Source of the DNA: Eledone cirrhosa | Lineage: Eukaryota | DNA: 64,000 nucleotides | Reading direction: 5' to 3' | Assembly: GCA_964016885.1 (NCBI GenBank) | Contig: OZ024742.1 | Location: 186,682,001-186,746,000, forward strand | Shown: piece by piece, positions 12,086-26,916 of the stretch | Layout: every line of letters begins with the position of its first letter | How positions within the stretch are numbered: position 1 is the first letter of the stretch | Notes under the pieces: generated by a model | The model's database searches: none | What the model was told of the DNA's origin: nothing | The model's input: only the letters and a program-made list of their open reading frames with translations | Position numbers and translations under genes: made by a program

Positions 12086-13807
12086 ACTCGGAATATCGTT
12101 ATTTTCTCAATGAAACTGCAGTAGGGACATTAAAGTAAGTAAGTAAAGATTGTTTTCTTATCTTGTTTCCTTTTCCCAGATACGATTTTATTAAGCTCTG
12201 AATGGGTTGATCTTTGTTAATTCCTTCATAGCGCAAAACTTAGTGTCGGTTGGACGCCTTTATATGTATCTATACTTGTGTAAAAATATATATATTTCTT
12301 CATTTAATTTGTATATATATATATATGTGTGTATGTATATATATATGTGTGTGTGTGTGTGTGTATTTAGACAAGCGCACACGAACATATATACAGAAAA
12401 CCCACCCACACGTATATATCTTTATCATACATGTTTAAACAAAGACACCCCCCCCCCCCCTTAATTAGTTGCGTAAATTCTAAATTCAAGAATTAACATT
12501 TACCAGACATTGAATGTTATAATGAATCTAGTATACTTTAGAGAGTATATCTTTGACAGCAATTACAATTTTGGCATACGTGTCTCTGTACACAGAGCTG
12601 TATTTACTAATACTATTTCTCTTCTTTCCTCTACCGTTCATTGCCTGTTATCAAATGCTGTACGTCTTTTAAAACAATAACGAAAGAGTAAAAATGTACA
12701 AAGAAAGCAAATTCCACTACAGAATTACCAACATACATCGCATTTCTAAACTTAGCTCCCCTATTGATATGTAATGCTATGTTTTATATTCCCTAGGGCT
12801 GGCATTAGTAAATACATTTGCGTGCAGAAGCTACTGACATGCAACCTTCGTGGAAGAATAAGAAAAAATAAAATAAAATAAAAAGCTCAAATTTACATTA
12901 AGTTAAGCGTGCCGGCCATTTTGATCTTCAAATGAAGAGTAAATTTCCGACTTACTTTATTTTATTCTATTTTAGATTTTCTTAGTCTTTGATGTCCTCA
13001 AAATATTAAGGAATTTTCTAGTAAGAAAAGAAATGAAGAATTAATGTAGAATAATTATGTTCTATCAAACATCCTCAAACTTTTATAAACAACATTATTT
13101 ATTCTGATGTTTTGTGTATAAGACGTCTTAAACATATTTATAAAAAAATATAGACAGGAAAAAATAGAAAAGTAATCAAAGTGAAATATACTTCTATAAT
13201 TCTAGCTAGTAAATTTACTCGATAAATCACGCGTGTATTTTTGTTTCCTTATCACAGAGAGATCTCCGGGAATCGAAAGTAAGGGAAAAGAACGATAGAA
13301 AGTATTTATCGCTTTCGTTTTATTTTTAATGATTTTAGCTTTGTTTCCCTTTAATATTCTTGTGAGAAAAGTTAAACAATGACAGGTGGTTCTTCATTGT
13401 TCCCAGGCATTGTGCTTTTGTAGTGTATAAAATTTTAAATTCACACTTTATTTACTTTAAATAGCTATTGTTTCATAGATCTTTCCACGCATTACAAATT
13501 ACCATTTAGTAGTGAAAATGGTCGTGTTAAAATAAAAAGTATAAAGAAATAAATAATCTAATAAATATTTAAGGAGTCCAATAGCTATAACATTGTTGCT
13601 CTGCTATTCATGAAAATAAAAATTGATTTGTAATTAACTCTTATTTAAATAAACTAAACTAAATACCCGTTCACGGGTGGGGAAGATATAATATGAAAAG
13701 CAAATTTCTTTTACCATCCTAATTTAATATTCAAATGACGTAAGTAGCATTAACAGAACTCCAATATTGTTCTTCAAGTATACGTTTCTCTCTCTCTCTC
13801 TCTCTCC

Positions 13808-13849
<42 letters not shown>

Positions 13850-13992
13850 CCCCCTCTCCCTCCCTTCCCCTCTCTCTGTATACGTGTTCCTATATGTGTG
13901 TATATTTATGCACATATGCATATGTGTATATGTGTATATTTCTTTTATGTATATATCTATGTAAATACAAACACACTGAGACGCACACGCAA

Positions 13993-14025
<33 letters not shown>

Positions 14026-15254
14026 TATATTATATGTATACGTAATGTGTTTGTTACTGGCCACAGGACTAACAAATACACACAAACGCACACATACACA
14101 TATACACACATACACCTCGTGGCGAGTCACAAAATTGAAAACCGAATGGTTTCATTAAGAATGATCCTTAGGAACTGACAAATTATATAGAACTTTACCA
14201 GATGGTTTTGGTTGTCGTTATGTTTCAAGGCAAACCTTGTTTATTTATATAAAAGTAATTAATTGAAAAACCTATATAATTCAAGGAAAACTGTTATACA
14301 GAATACCTCTTCGAGTCTGTCTGACTATAAGGCAAGACCGCAGCGTTATTTGGCGTAATAATCAGGTAAAGTTCTCAAGTAGAAACACCAGCCAGTGGTT
14401 GTATTTTGCAGTAACTCTATCTCGTATTTGACATAGAATTAGTCAAATGTTACAAATAGTAAGAATTGAAAAAAATCAATGACAGCACTTAAACATTTAG
14501 TAAATTTCTTTGCAATATCCCTGATTACAAAAGAGAACAGATATCAGATACTAAGCTAGACACTTGAAAATAATAAAGATGCGAAGAGATTGGGTTGGCG
14601 TTGGAAATAACGCTTTAATTGTTTGTAGATAAAAACAGGTGTGATTTCTTTCGTAGTTGGTTTTGAGATGGCCCCACGAGGTGATTTGTAAAACTTCAAC
14701 AAGAATTTATGTATATATATGATCTTATAGCGGTATATACTTAATTATCGGATTTATTTAGAAAAAGTTTACATGCCGAACAAACTCGCTTTACTATTAA
14801 TACAGACGGAATAGATATAATTCAGTTTCGTCACCAATTTTAAGAAAGCTGTATTTGTGGTTTGTAGATATTAAAGGATGTATGTAAATAAACTAATAGA
14901 TCCGTCAAACATCCAAATGTGAACATAGAACAAATGCAAAATAATTACCGAATATCCCAATACGTAAACAATACCGTGGAAAACAAAGCCGATAATGAAC
15001 AAAACATCCAGAGGATAAGACCATCTAATACTAAACTCGTAATTAATACACTCATTAAAGCAAAGCCAATTACAAACAAATTGTATATACTAGATCCAAT
15101 ACATCATCCATAATTTTTACAACAAATATCATCCATATTTCCTCCGTAAACCCAACCACCAACCCGCTCTACATGTCAGTATGGGGGAGACAAACGTTTT
15201 CAAGCTGCAGCCGTCATATTACACAGTTTCTGTTGAATAATTAGTAATAAACAA

Positions 15255-15420
15255 TACTTATCCAGACCTGTCAACACTAGACTGGTACTTTTTTTTATCG
15301 ATCTCGAATGGATGAAAGGCAAAGTTGATCTCAGCGGGATTAAAACTCAGAGAGTGGAGGACCGAAACTAATACAGCAAAGCATTCTAAACTACATTCTA
15401 ACGAGTTTGCCAATTTACCT
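15255..15420 (-). mobile_element. Nin/Deu-like tRNA SINE, diverged
   Basis: actggtactttt..tatcga..ggatgaaaggcaaagttga..gcgggatt..aactcag is the reverse complement of the SINE at 2925. Confidence 0.65.
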
Positions 15421-16433
15421 TATAATTCAGGTAAAATGTTAACTAAATTATTAAAGAGACCTATATAAACGAAATAAACATTAAAATTTAAACTAAACTT
15501 TTAAATTGAACAAATACAATGAAACTAAATAAATTAAAAAAGAAAGAAATGCATACACGAAACAAAACATTATTTAAACGAATAAAAATGAAATTTCCTT
15601 AAACAATTAAACTAAATTATATATGAGTGTGTGTATGTATGTACTATGTATGTATGTATTTACGTTTACAACGAAAGCTTAACAACCAGTTCTGTTTGTT
15701 TATATCACAAAGCTTAACCCCATCACCACCACCACCACCACCCTACACATAAATATACAGTGAGCGGCAGAGTACGCTGATTTCTGGCAGTGATAAAAGC
15801 GTTTCAGAACGATTTAGCCTCTACCTTTTTTTTGTCTTACTTTTCATTGTGATATAATGAAAAACAAAATCTACATGGTTTAGTCAAATTATAGCGTTCT
15901 TGTGGGACGGACGGACCAGAAATACTGAAGGGTTGTTATAAAATAGATCACGTGAAACCAAGTATATTTCGAACTCCAGTCTGCGAAAATCTGTATAACA
16001 TAACAGAACAGGCTGTATTTGACATGGCTTTGATATTCCGTGTTGCGAAGGCAATCTCAATATTACGAGGTACACAGTACAATCTCAATAGTGTGAGATC
16101 GTCAGTATAATCTCTATAAAACGTCCTCTGCCCTACACCCAAACCCTGAAAAGCAATTACAAAAAAGTAATGAGCTTCAGGATTAAACCAGTATTAAACT
16201 AGTTAGACATTATTCAACAGAGTACTCGATGCTTGGAATAGTAGATTGTGACTATATTAGAAAGAGTCGGGGCCCGACGACTGAGCTCTTGCCGTTTCGA
16301 TAGCTAGTTCCACACTCTGTCTAAACAGCAAGAGTTCATCCGTTGGGTCCCGAAACTTTCTAATATATATATGTATGAATAACATGGTCGGCTGTACAAT
16401 AGGGTTTATTTACAGTATTAACAATTGCTTCTT

Positions 16434-17525
<1,092 letters not shown>

Positions 17526-17654
17526 AAACTTGAACGCCTCAGACCACAAACGGAAGCAGAGCAATTATGAAATTAATTATACACTGTTATTGATTCTCAC
17601 TTCTGTATCTCATGAAAAGATATCTGTGTAAAGTTAGCTGAAATATTGCTTTCT

Positions 17655-18510
17655 GATTTAGGCACAAGGCCAGCAATCGGGGGGAAAGGGAAAGTCCATT
17701 AAATTGACCACAGTGCTTGACTATTACTTTATTTTATCAACACTGGAAGCTAAACTCAGCAGGATTTGAACTCAGATCGTAATGGGACGTAACCTTATGC
17801 TATAAAGTATGTTCTCCGACACTCTACTGATATTGCCAATCCACCACCCTAAAATCAGCAGTAATATTGCAATCAGTCAGCCTGCTATAATGATTTCTAA
17901 TTGAAGCTCAATGCCAACAATTTGGTTAGTTTGGGAGGGAAAAGTTGAGTAAATAAACGCCAGTACTTGACTCGTACTTTATTTTATCTGGCCCGGAAGG
18001 TTAAATGGCAATGTTGACCTTGACGTGATTTGAACTCAGAATCTAAAGAGACTTAACTAAACGGTGCAAATAATTTTATCGGACGTTCTAACGATTCTGC
18101 CAGGCTACCGTCCTTACTATCATAGATAGAATATTAGTCAATCAGACCAGTATTTTTATTACTATTTTAGACATAAAACTAGTAACTTAAGAAGAAAGGT
18201 CGTCTATGATACTGAACCTAGTATATGACTGTGTTAGTCTAAGTACAAAACTAGTAACTTAGGAAGAAGGAACGTCTATGATACTGAACCCAATACATGA
18301 TTGTTCTATTCTAGGTACAAAACTAGTAACTTAGGAAGAGGGGCCGTCTATGATACTGAGCCCTGTATATGACTGTGATTTTATCTTATCCCCATCGGAA
18401 GAATAAAAGACCTTGGCGAGATTTGATCTCAAAATGTAGAAAGTCGTCATTAGATGCCTCGCAGAACACTTCCAGACGCTTTAACGATGTTGCTAATCCA
18501 CCGCCGACAT
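17655..18510 (-). mobile_element. Cluster of three diverged tRNA SINEs; the third has a triplicated ~72-bp segment (18172-18375)
   Basis: Repeated ggcacaaggccagcaat...atttgaactcaga...gccaatcc motif; acaaaactagtaactta.gaaga...gtctatgatactga occurs three times. Confidence 0.6.
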
Positions 18511-18723
18511 ATCAGCCCGGTATATTGGTTCTGATTCAGATTTAGGCTCAAGAGCAGCCCAGTACAATACCACTTGCTACTGTATTGCTTTTAATCTTCT
18601 TTATGAAGGAATCAATGGTTACAACATTACGGAATGGTTAAGGAGTCCTCTTTGCAGCCAAAAGATCACAGGTTCGATCCAACTGTATGGTATCATAGGA
18701 AAGTGTCATTTAACATAACATTG

Positions 18724-18756
18724 AGAGCTGGACGATCATCAACGAGATCACAGGGA

Positions 18757-18850
<94 letters not shown>

Positions 18851-20430
18851 CAGGGAACAGGGCCCGAAGATAGGAAGGGGAAATGGCTGGATCATTTTAA
18901 GACCCTACTAGCAGAGCGATCTTCCACAGCCCAGGACACTGGGGAGATTACACAGCTGTTTCAGGAACTGGATATTGAGACAGGACCCTTCTCCAGAGAG
19001 CAGCTTCAGCCAAGAAGATCAAGGAGGGCAAGGCCCATGGAGAAGATGGAGTGGCATCAGAGGTGATGAAGAGGTGTGATTTTGATGATATCATCCTGGA
19101 GTTTCGTAACCAGACACTAGAGAAAGGAGTTGCTCCGAATCAGTGGAAGATCAGTAACATCGTCCCAGTGCCAAAGAAGGGAGATCTCCCTAACACCAAC
19201 AACTACAGGGGGATCTCACTGACGTCACTTGTGGCAAAGACCCTCAACAGGATGATTCTTAACAGGATCCAGCCCGAATTGGAGAAGAAGCTCAGGGACA
19301 ACCAGAACGGCTTCAGAGAGGGAAGATCAACCACCAGTCACATCCTGGTGCTAAGGAGGATATTAGAGGGAAGCCTTCCTGTTGCCATGGTTTTTATTGA
19401 AGGTCTTTGATTCTGTGTAGCATCACTCTCTGATGAAAATCTTACAGGCTTATGGAATCCCCAAGAAGATAGTGGACCTGATATCACTGCTCTACACCAA
19501 CACCAGGGCCCAAATCCTTACACCTGACGCGATAACGGTGTTCTTTGAGATACTGGCTGGAGTGCTGCAGGGAGATACATTGGCTCCCTACCTTTTTATC
19601 ATCGCAGTAGACTATTGTATGCGCCTTGCGCTGGAGAAACACCAGGACTCTAGCTTTAATGTAGCACTGGCTCAGAGCAGGAAAGTTAAGGATTAAAAGA
19701 TATCAGATACTGAATTTGCTGACGACATAGTTCTGGTGACAAACCCAGTGAAGGAGGTAGAGCAGTTAAGGCAGGAGGTGGAGCCTGTGTCGATGAGTGT
19801 GTGGCTAAGAATGAATGAGATTAAGACCAAGTATCTGGAAGAGAACATTAAGAAGCCAGAGAAGATTATGAATGTAAGCGGGAAGCCGGTAAAGTTGGTT
19901 GAGGACTTCGTGTATCTGAGAGCAAAGATTGGGAACAGAGGATGATGTGGTTGAGAAGAAGAGCAAAGCCTGGGTTCCATGCCATAGTTTGAGATCGGTG
20001 TGGAAGTCGGACCTTCGTACATACCTGAAGATCCGCCTCTTCGTTGTTACAGTGGAGTCTGTGCTACTGTACGGGTCTGAGACTTGGACACCGACACGAA
20101 ACTCACTCAGTTGGACGATGGCTGCTACACGATAATGCCGAGGATGACTTTGAACTTTAATCACTATAAACCAAGGATGAAGAACTCAGAGCCTCCAAAA
20201 GTTCAGCTCAGATGTAACACATAGGAGACAGAGGTTAGCTGAACATGCTCACCGACTTTCAGAGTTGACACTCCGCTCAGTGTTCCTGTGGGAGTCCCTA
20301 CACGGATACACTAGAAGAGAGAGACCGAGGTTGTCATATATTGATGCCCTAAGGACAGACACTGGTCTCTGGGAGACTCAGGACATGGCAGCGATGGAAC
20401 TCGTCCATGGATCTCGGGAATTTTACCCGC
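18724..20430 (+). mobile_element. RTE-clade (RTE-X-like) LINE, 5'-truncated and frameshifted
   Basis: RT motifs PVPKKGD..NYRGISL, NQNGFREGRST, AYGIPKKIV, GVLQGDTLAPYLFII, FADD, VESVLLYGSETWT. Confidence 0.88.
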
Positions 20431-20432
20431 CC

Positions 20433-20528
<96 letters not shown>

Positions 20529-20842
20529 CACGCGCGTGTAAAATAAATAATTAAGACGTTTGTTATGTTTAAAACATCGTAGTCGATATATGAGACATGT
20601 TAAGTTATAATACATCATTCTTAATAGGAATTCTTGAAGAATTCTGGTTAGAAAAGAACAAAATTAAGAAAGAAATGACACCATTTAAATAAGGGTCAGA
20701 GATGGTTATGTAATTAAGGAATTCTCACAACGACCACCTGGTTTCAGGTTTAACCGTTGTGTATGTGATGTCTATAGTTTTAGCTTGACGAATTTTGTAG
20801 AAGTCCACCATGCACACACACACATATGTATATTATATGTGC

Positions 20843-20914
<72 letters not shown>

Positions 20915-20919
<5 letters not shown>

Positions 20920-21378
20920 CGGAAAAAATGAAACGAAATTTCATTTCCCACTCTTAGTACGGCTGTTACTTAAATATAAGTATGTATACGTACATACATA
21001 TATGTATACGGGCGTACAGTAGTATGTATATATATATACATACATGCACACATATATATATATGTACGTATGGATTCACCGAACATTTATTATAATGCTC
21101 GGTGTGTTTGTAAACAAACATCCCGTATTAAGCCGTAGTGTCCAGCAACCATCGTTGCTCGTTTGTTCAACACTGACAAAGGAACGCTGTACTAGTTTGA
21201 AGCTTATTAGCTATCGTCAGCAACGTATACCTTCCTGCCAGATTGTTGAACGTATATACTTACCTTATGCATATTAACGGCTGAGTAGCCCAATTTGCAT
21301 ATCGAGTGGGTTAATCGGCCGGGTGCACCGAAAACGATAAACGGAAAACATGAAACGAAATTTCATTTCCCACTCTTA
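20915..21378 (-). mobile_element. Non-coding 422-bp unit with 42-bp terminal redundancy and minimal hammerhead (retrozyme-like), copy A
   Basis: ataaacggaaaa.atgaaacgaaatttcatttcccactctta occurs at 20915 and 21337. Hammerhead at 21184-21226 (-). (TA)n on both sides. Homologous to 36683-37300. Confidence 0.65.
21184..21226 (-). ncRNA. Minimal type I hammerhead (G12 mutated in this copy)
   Basis: Reverse strand ACGTTG-CTGACGA-tAGCTaataAGCTt-CAAA-CTAG-TA-CAGCGT; palindromic stem III ACTAGT. Confidence 0.55.
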
Positions 21379-22509
21379 ATATATATATATATATACTACC
21401 AAAATTAGATTAAAGATGTCATGTCTGAGAATATCAGAAGCATGCGTCATACCATTCGTGGAATAAGCTCAAAGATTCCAAGTAGTTAATTCGAGCATTT
21501 ATTAACATTAAAATTAAAAGTTGAATGACATATATATAAAATAAACACATCAAACAATTACAGGGGATAATTTGTAAAGAGTGCAAACACATAGTTACGG
21601 AGGTGACATATTAAAAATTAAGAAGAACCTTGAATATAGATACCTTGCAATAATGATTAATCACCCTTTGTATATATTCCATTGAAGAATTATATTTCAC
21701 CATTAATCGGTGAATCATAGATGTTAAATCTTAGATCATCAGCAAAGGCGAAGATTTAACTATGATTACACAATAAAAGCAAATCAGGGAATAACGGCGA
21801 AAAAGCACATGTGGTTTAAAAACACACACATCGCTCCGCCGTCGAGCCAGTGACGTGAATATGATTATCGACAGTCAGAAATAACAGTGTATATATACAT
21901 TTTAATTATATATATATTTATATTAGTTTTGCGAGGCCAGCGAAATAGAACTTAGAAGGCCAATGCTAAACAGAAAAAAATGAATGGAATAACAACAACA
22001 CCCAAACAAACAATACTGACCTAAGAGAAATATAAATAGATAAATAAATAAATAAATACACATACAAGCACAATAACAACAAACACATATAAACACACAC
22101 TAGTAAACTAAGATAGAATACAATAATCAAAACACAGTCACCCAAACACGAACACACATCAAACACTATACACGCACGCAAACGCATGCGCAGATAAGAA
22201 GAAAAAAAAAATAAACAGATTAAATAAAGTTGGCGTAGACATACAATACAACGGGAGGAAACATAATAGCACCACTGACGATGTTGCAGATGTGCAACGA
22301 CAGAACTTTATTAGACTATATATATGTGTTTGTGTCTATATTGTATCTGTATTTTTGACCGTTGGTCAGTCAATGGTAAACATTGAGGACGGAATAAATT
22401 AAATTAACTGATATAAAAAACACAGAAGCGAAAACCAACCAAACAGTAAGTGTGTTCTGGCAATATTATTACAACAATATGACCCTCCCCAAATATATAT
22501 ATATATATA

Positions 22510-22655
22510 TGAATACTAACCAATACTTATTACTAATTTATACTTATTCCTAATTAAACTGAATACTAACCAATACTTATTACTAATTTATACTTATTCC
22601 TAATTAAACTATTTTTCACTGGGAAAAAATTGTCAGCATTTTCTTTTCCTTTTTA

Positions 22656-22707
<52 letters not shown>

Positions 22708-22856
22708 TAAAAAGGAAAATAAAATGCTGACAATTTTTTCCCAGTGAAAAATATTTTAATTAGGAATAAGTATAAATTAGTAATAAGTATTGGTTAGTAT
22801 TCAGTTTAATTAGGAATAAGTATAAATTAGTAATAAGTATTGGTTAGTATTCAGTT
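22510..22856. repeat. ~150-bp inverted repeat centred on (TA)n; each arm has an internal 50-bp tandem duplication
   Basis: 22510-22660 is the reverse complement of 22702-22856 with few mismatches. Confidence 0.9.
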
Positions 22857-22961
22857 TTAGTTTTAAGTTTTTACCGGTTGCGCATTTCTAATGCTTTTCA
22901 AAAATAATTTTGAGATAGAGCGCTCGTGATGTTTGCTCTAATCTATATATTTATATATATA

Positions 22962-23009
<48 letters not shown>

Positions 23010-23020
23010 TGTTTGCTCTA

Positions 23021-23062
<42 letters not shown>

Positions 23063-23169
23063 GTACATTTAATATAGAAATGGCTTACTTACTGTGATTA
23101 CTCCCGATTGAACCCGGGATACACATATATGTATTTACATATATACATACGTATTATATATAGATATAT

Positions 23170-23335
23170 ATAGGAAAATATTCAAGACCCCGACGGCAGA
23201 GATCAAGCCGTCGAAACGGCTTGAGCTCTGCCGTCGGGGTCTTGAACATTTTCCTATTACCCACTATACCACCCTAAGTATTGAGTATACTGGTGCGTTA
23301 TGGTCCATCTGGTTCCTTACCACACTTCCATCGTT
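23170..23335. mobile_element. Palindromic PLE pLTR remnant plus tail in (TA)n
   Basis: taggaaaatattcaagaccccgacggc / gccgtcggggtcttgaacattttccta inverted arms, followed by the same tail as 11526-11604. Confidence 0.75.
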
Positions 23336-23360
23336 ATATATATATATATATAAATACGAA

Positions 23361-23391
<31 letters not shown>

Positions 23392-23443
23392 GAGACACAC
23401 TATATATATAATATATATATGTATATACATATATATATTTATA

Positions 23444-23494
<51 letters not shown>

Positions 23495-23497
<3 letters not shown>

Positions 23498-26040
23498 TGT
23501 ACATATAATTGACCTCCTATCCAACACAAGAGACATACAGATACATATATATATATATTGATGTACAGTGGAGTGACATATATTATACTATACTATATTT
23601 GTATAGCAATTCAAATTTAGAATCAAAATTACAATTAAAATACATGCGGCAGATAACACAGATAATGCAAGAGAATAGTCAGATAATCAGATCTAGTAGA
23701 TAGTGTATGCGTTAGTCATACATAGAGCATGCAAGTGTGTCTCATTTATATAAGAGTATTGTTTGGCAAGGTATTATGTGTAATACAAGCACTTTAAGCG
23801 AGTAAGCAAGAGTACTATGGTGATTGTAGTGGGAGGGTATTTTTTGTATAGATCAAATAAGTATGTGTGCAGGAAAAGAAAAAGAAAAAGAAAGTTATAG
23901 TTTTCACATCCACCACCATTTTCATATCCAGAAAAAGGAAGTTATGTTTTTCACCTCCATCACATATGTTACGATGAATTCGTATTGAATGTTTGATGTA
24001 GTAAATGATTGTAACATATTGAGGCTCAGTGTCATTTAATCCATATTTATATAATAGCTTCTTTCTGCTGCGTGAATTTACAGCGTTTATTATCCGGAAG
24101 TAGGTATGCAATTAAGGGGAGTTAATGCGTAATGGGAGGTAACTAGCTGATTCTCATGACTAAATTCATTGTTCTAACATACATTATATAGTGCCTCAAT
24201 TGAGTCCCTTATATAAAAGGTTATATATTTATATCTAACTTTAACTAGTCTACTCTATCATAATGTATTACATGTATCTATAGGAAGTTGATTACTCATT
24301 ATACAGCGCTATAATTGAATTTCTCACACAAAGTGCTATAGCTTTATATCAAATTCACTTTAAATACACTTTAAATACAGTCTACTCTCAAAACATATCA
24401 AAGGTCCAATTAGATTTTTGTCTACTTAACCTTTGGTAAGCTATGGAGCAGCGTACGGCTGTATGCATGATAAAATTAGATACATCTCTTGGGTAAACAA
24501 ATACATCCCCCATATACAATGTCATTAATCTATCCATTAAGTTATACATGCATATATAATTCATATATAATTCATTGTACCACACTACATATAAGTTAGT
24601 CAGATTCTATATACATCCAATGTTATTACTCTATACATTTAATTACAAATGCATATATAATTCATTGTTGTATCTAGTATCTAAAGTTTATATAAACTTT
24701 ATTATATTTCAATCCCTATATAATTATAAGTAATTAAAAGTAATTGTATTAAAAGTTCGTGTTTATGGGGATATTTCTAGGGTATAAAGTTATAGATAGA
24801 TAGATAGAATGATTTGTGTCGAGGAAAGGGTGGATCAGAGAGTGTGGTGTAGTGGTGGAAGGCAAGCCCTTGAGGTGCGGTGTTAAAAGTGGTGATGAGT
24901 TCAAATCTGATATTGTTATATATTAGGTTTAAAGCTTTGGAAGGAGTGTCGGAAGCGGTGCTGGCACGACGCAAACACTTCCGATTTTTTTTATTAAGGA
25001 TGTTAAGGTTCGAAAAGATTATAGTATGGATCTCTAGTAGACAGAGGTTACAGAATTTATTAGGTGGTTTGTACGATGCCGCCTTACCTATCACTTCCCA
25101 TTGAAGTGTATATGATCTATTTTTAGTTTTCAGATAGTGTATGTAGCTAGATAGTGAAGTGGAGTTGGCTAGACTGTGTTTTTTGATAGAATGGAGATGT
25201 AAGTTGTATCAGTTCGAAGTAGAGCCTATATAGGTTTCAGAAGTGTTGCTAGTTCTGACCGTGCATGAGTAAATGATGTCCCTGATTAAGCAGTTTTTAC
25301 CTAAAGGGCAGGTTCTATTAGATCTAGAGTTACATTTATTTTGGATGTTAACCTGTCGGTTGCTAGGTATTGCATTATGGCTATGAAGGTTGTCGCTCCT
25401 AATGCTATTGATTTCATTAGTGTTATTACTATTATTAATATTGATCAGGGTTTGTAGTTATTACGTTGTTTTGAAAGGTTACCCCCTGCTGTGTTTTAGT
25501 TTGTTGAAAGTAAGTATTAATCTTTCTTTTATTGCTACTAGCTATGTGGTATGCTATGTTAGGCGTGGTAGAGTAGGAGATTTTAATGATGTTTTTATTT
25601 ATAAGATTATGGTACTTGTGGCTAGATGGGAAGTTTTTTTATCCAGGATTGAGAAGAAAGCCTTAGGTAGGTTGGTAGAGACGTTTAGATTGAAAGGGGG
25701 GTTGAAAAATGTATTAGTTCTTCTATTTTTGTTTTTTATATCTGTTGAGGTGTTTCCGTTTATAGTATTTTGGTGTCTTCTCTGGTGCGAGTTATGTTTG
25801 ATGCTACCCTTCGTATTAGTGTGTGTGTGGTTATTACTCTTATATAGCTTTTATTCTAGTGAATTCTATATAACTGCTCTGTAGAACAACATTGAGCTAT
25901 TTATCTTACTGGTAATAAGGTAGTAATAAATTACTGACCTTCCCTGTTTATAGTTCAAAATATACATAATTATAAATAGTATCCTTAATATTATATAATC
26001 TCCTAGACATAATAATTAATTAATTAATTTAATTAGATAA
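23495..26040 (-). mobile_element. Penelope-like element, 5'-truncated and decayed
   Basis: Reverse translation gives FFNPPFNLNV..KISYSTTPN, CPLGKNCLIRDIIYSCTV..TYIGSTS (GIY-YIG) and KPPNKFCNLCLLE. 23497-23525 (revcomp) and 25890-25985 both match the pLTR-like segment at 44750-45015. Confidence 0.8.
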
Positions 26041-26733
26041 TTCTGTTGATTGGTTAATTATTTATGTTTGTTTAATAACATCTAGTTGAGAGATTTTATT
26101 CGGAATGTTGAGAGGAATTAATTTTCCTTTCCTTTGTTAACACTTTGAATTTACCCGCCAAAAACTGGGGTTGCTTCCCTTGTTGGAAATAACACGTGAC
26201 AACGAAATGATTGAAGGCTGTCTATCGTAGCAGTCGCATGGAGTTGATGTTCACACCCGTTTGAGGCAAAAGAACGGAATGCCTGTCGATGAAGTGAATC
26301 CCCTGTTTGATCATGGAATACCACAAGCTTGCGTGTTACGTAAGTGGGATTGATGATTTCTATTCATAGTAACATATCGGACGTATTACAGAATATCGTT
26401 CGATCTGTCCAGGTCTGTTGTTTTAACCTGATTAGTTATTTCGTTGTTTTGGTATTGTATGGTTGGGTTTTGCCTACCGCAATTTTCAATTTGTCAAGCT
26501 ATGTAAACGTAATGTTATTACTCTAAGGACCTACCCCTACTGTGTGCTTTGCTACTCATTCCTTATGGTACGTCGACTTTGCTTGGCCACAACCAAAGTT
26601 TCGATATTACTAAGTTTCCACTTGTATATATATTTATATATATATATTTATTAAAATAACAAATTTTAGTCTTCAAATTTATTATTATTACTATATATAT
26701 ATATAAACATATGTATATATATATATATATATA

Positions 26734-26784
<51 letters not shown>

Positions 26785-26787
<3 letters not shown>

Positions 26788-26916
26788 GCAGTCACTTTTT
26801 CAGCTGAGTGGCATAAAGTCATTTGCTTAAGGGCACAATGCCTTAAACGGTGTGAGAGTCGAACCCACGATGTTTTGGCCGTTCCGTAAGCACATCACTC
26901 TAACCACCAGGCCATG
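26785..26916 (-). mobile_element. tRNA/CORE-like SINE fragment
   Basis: cagctgagtgg..ttgcttaagggcacaa..gagtcgaacccacga..ctctaaccaccaggccatg (reverse tRNA-like head). Confidence 0.55.

Noticed and set aside
14302-14365. Possible 64-nt exon ending cag|gtaaag (also acceptor-like site at 12179)
   Set aside because: Poor polypyrimidine tract or donor, and no recognisable peptide.
18172-18375. Three regularly spaced ~72-bp repeats, superficially CRISPR-like
   Set aside because: Whole units are repeated without unique spacers; the segment derives from a SINE and the context is eukaryotic.
21400-22310. Possible highly decayed PLE GIY-YIG/3' region
   Set aside because: Only weak CxxC-like traces and a degenerate hammerhead; not enough to call.
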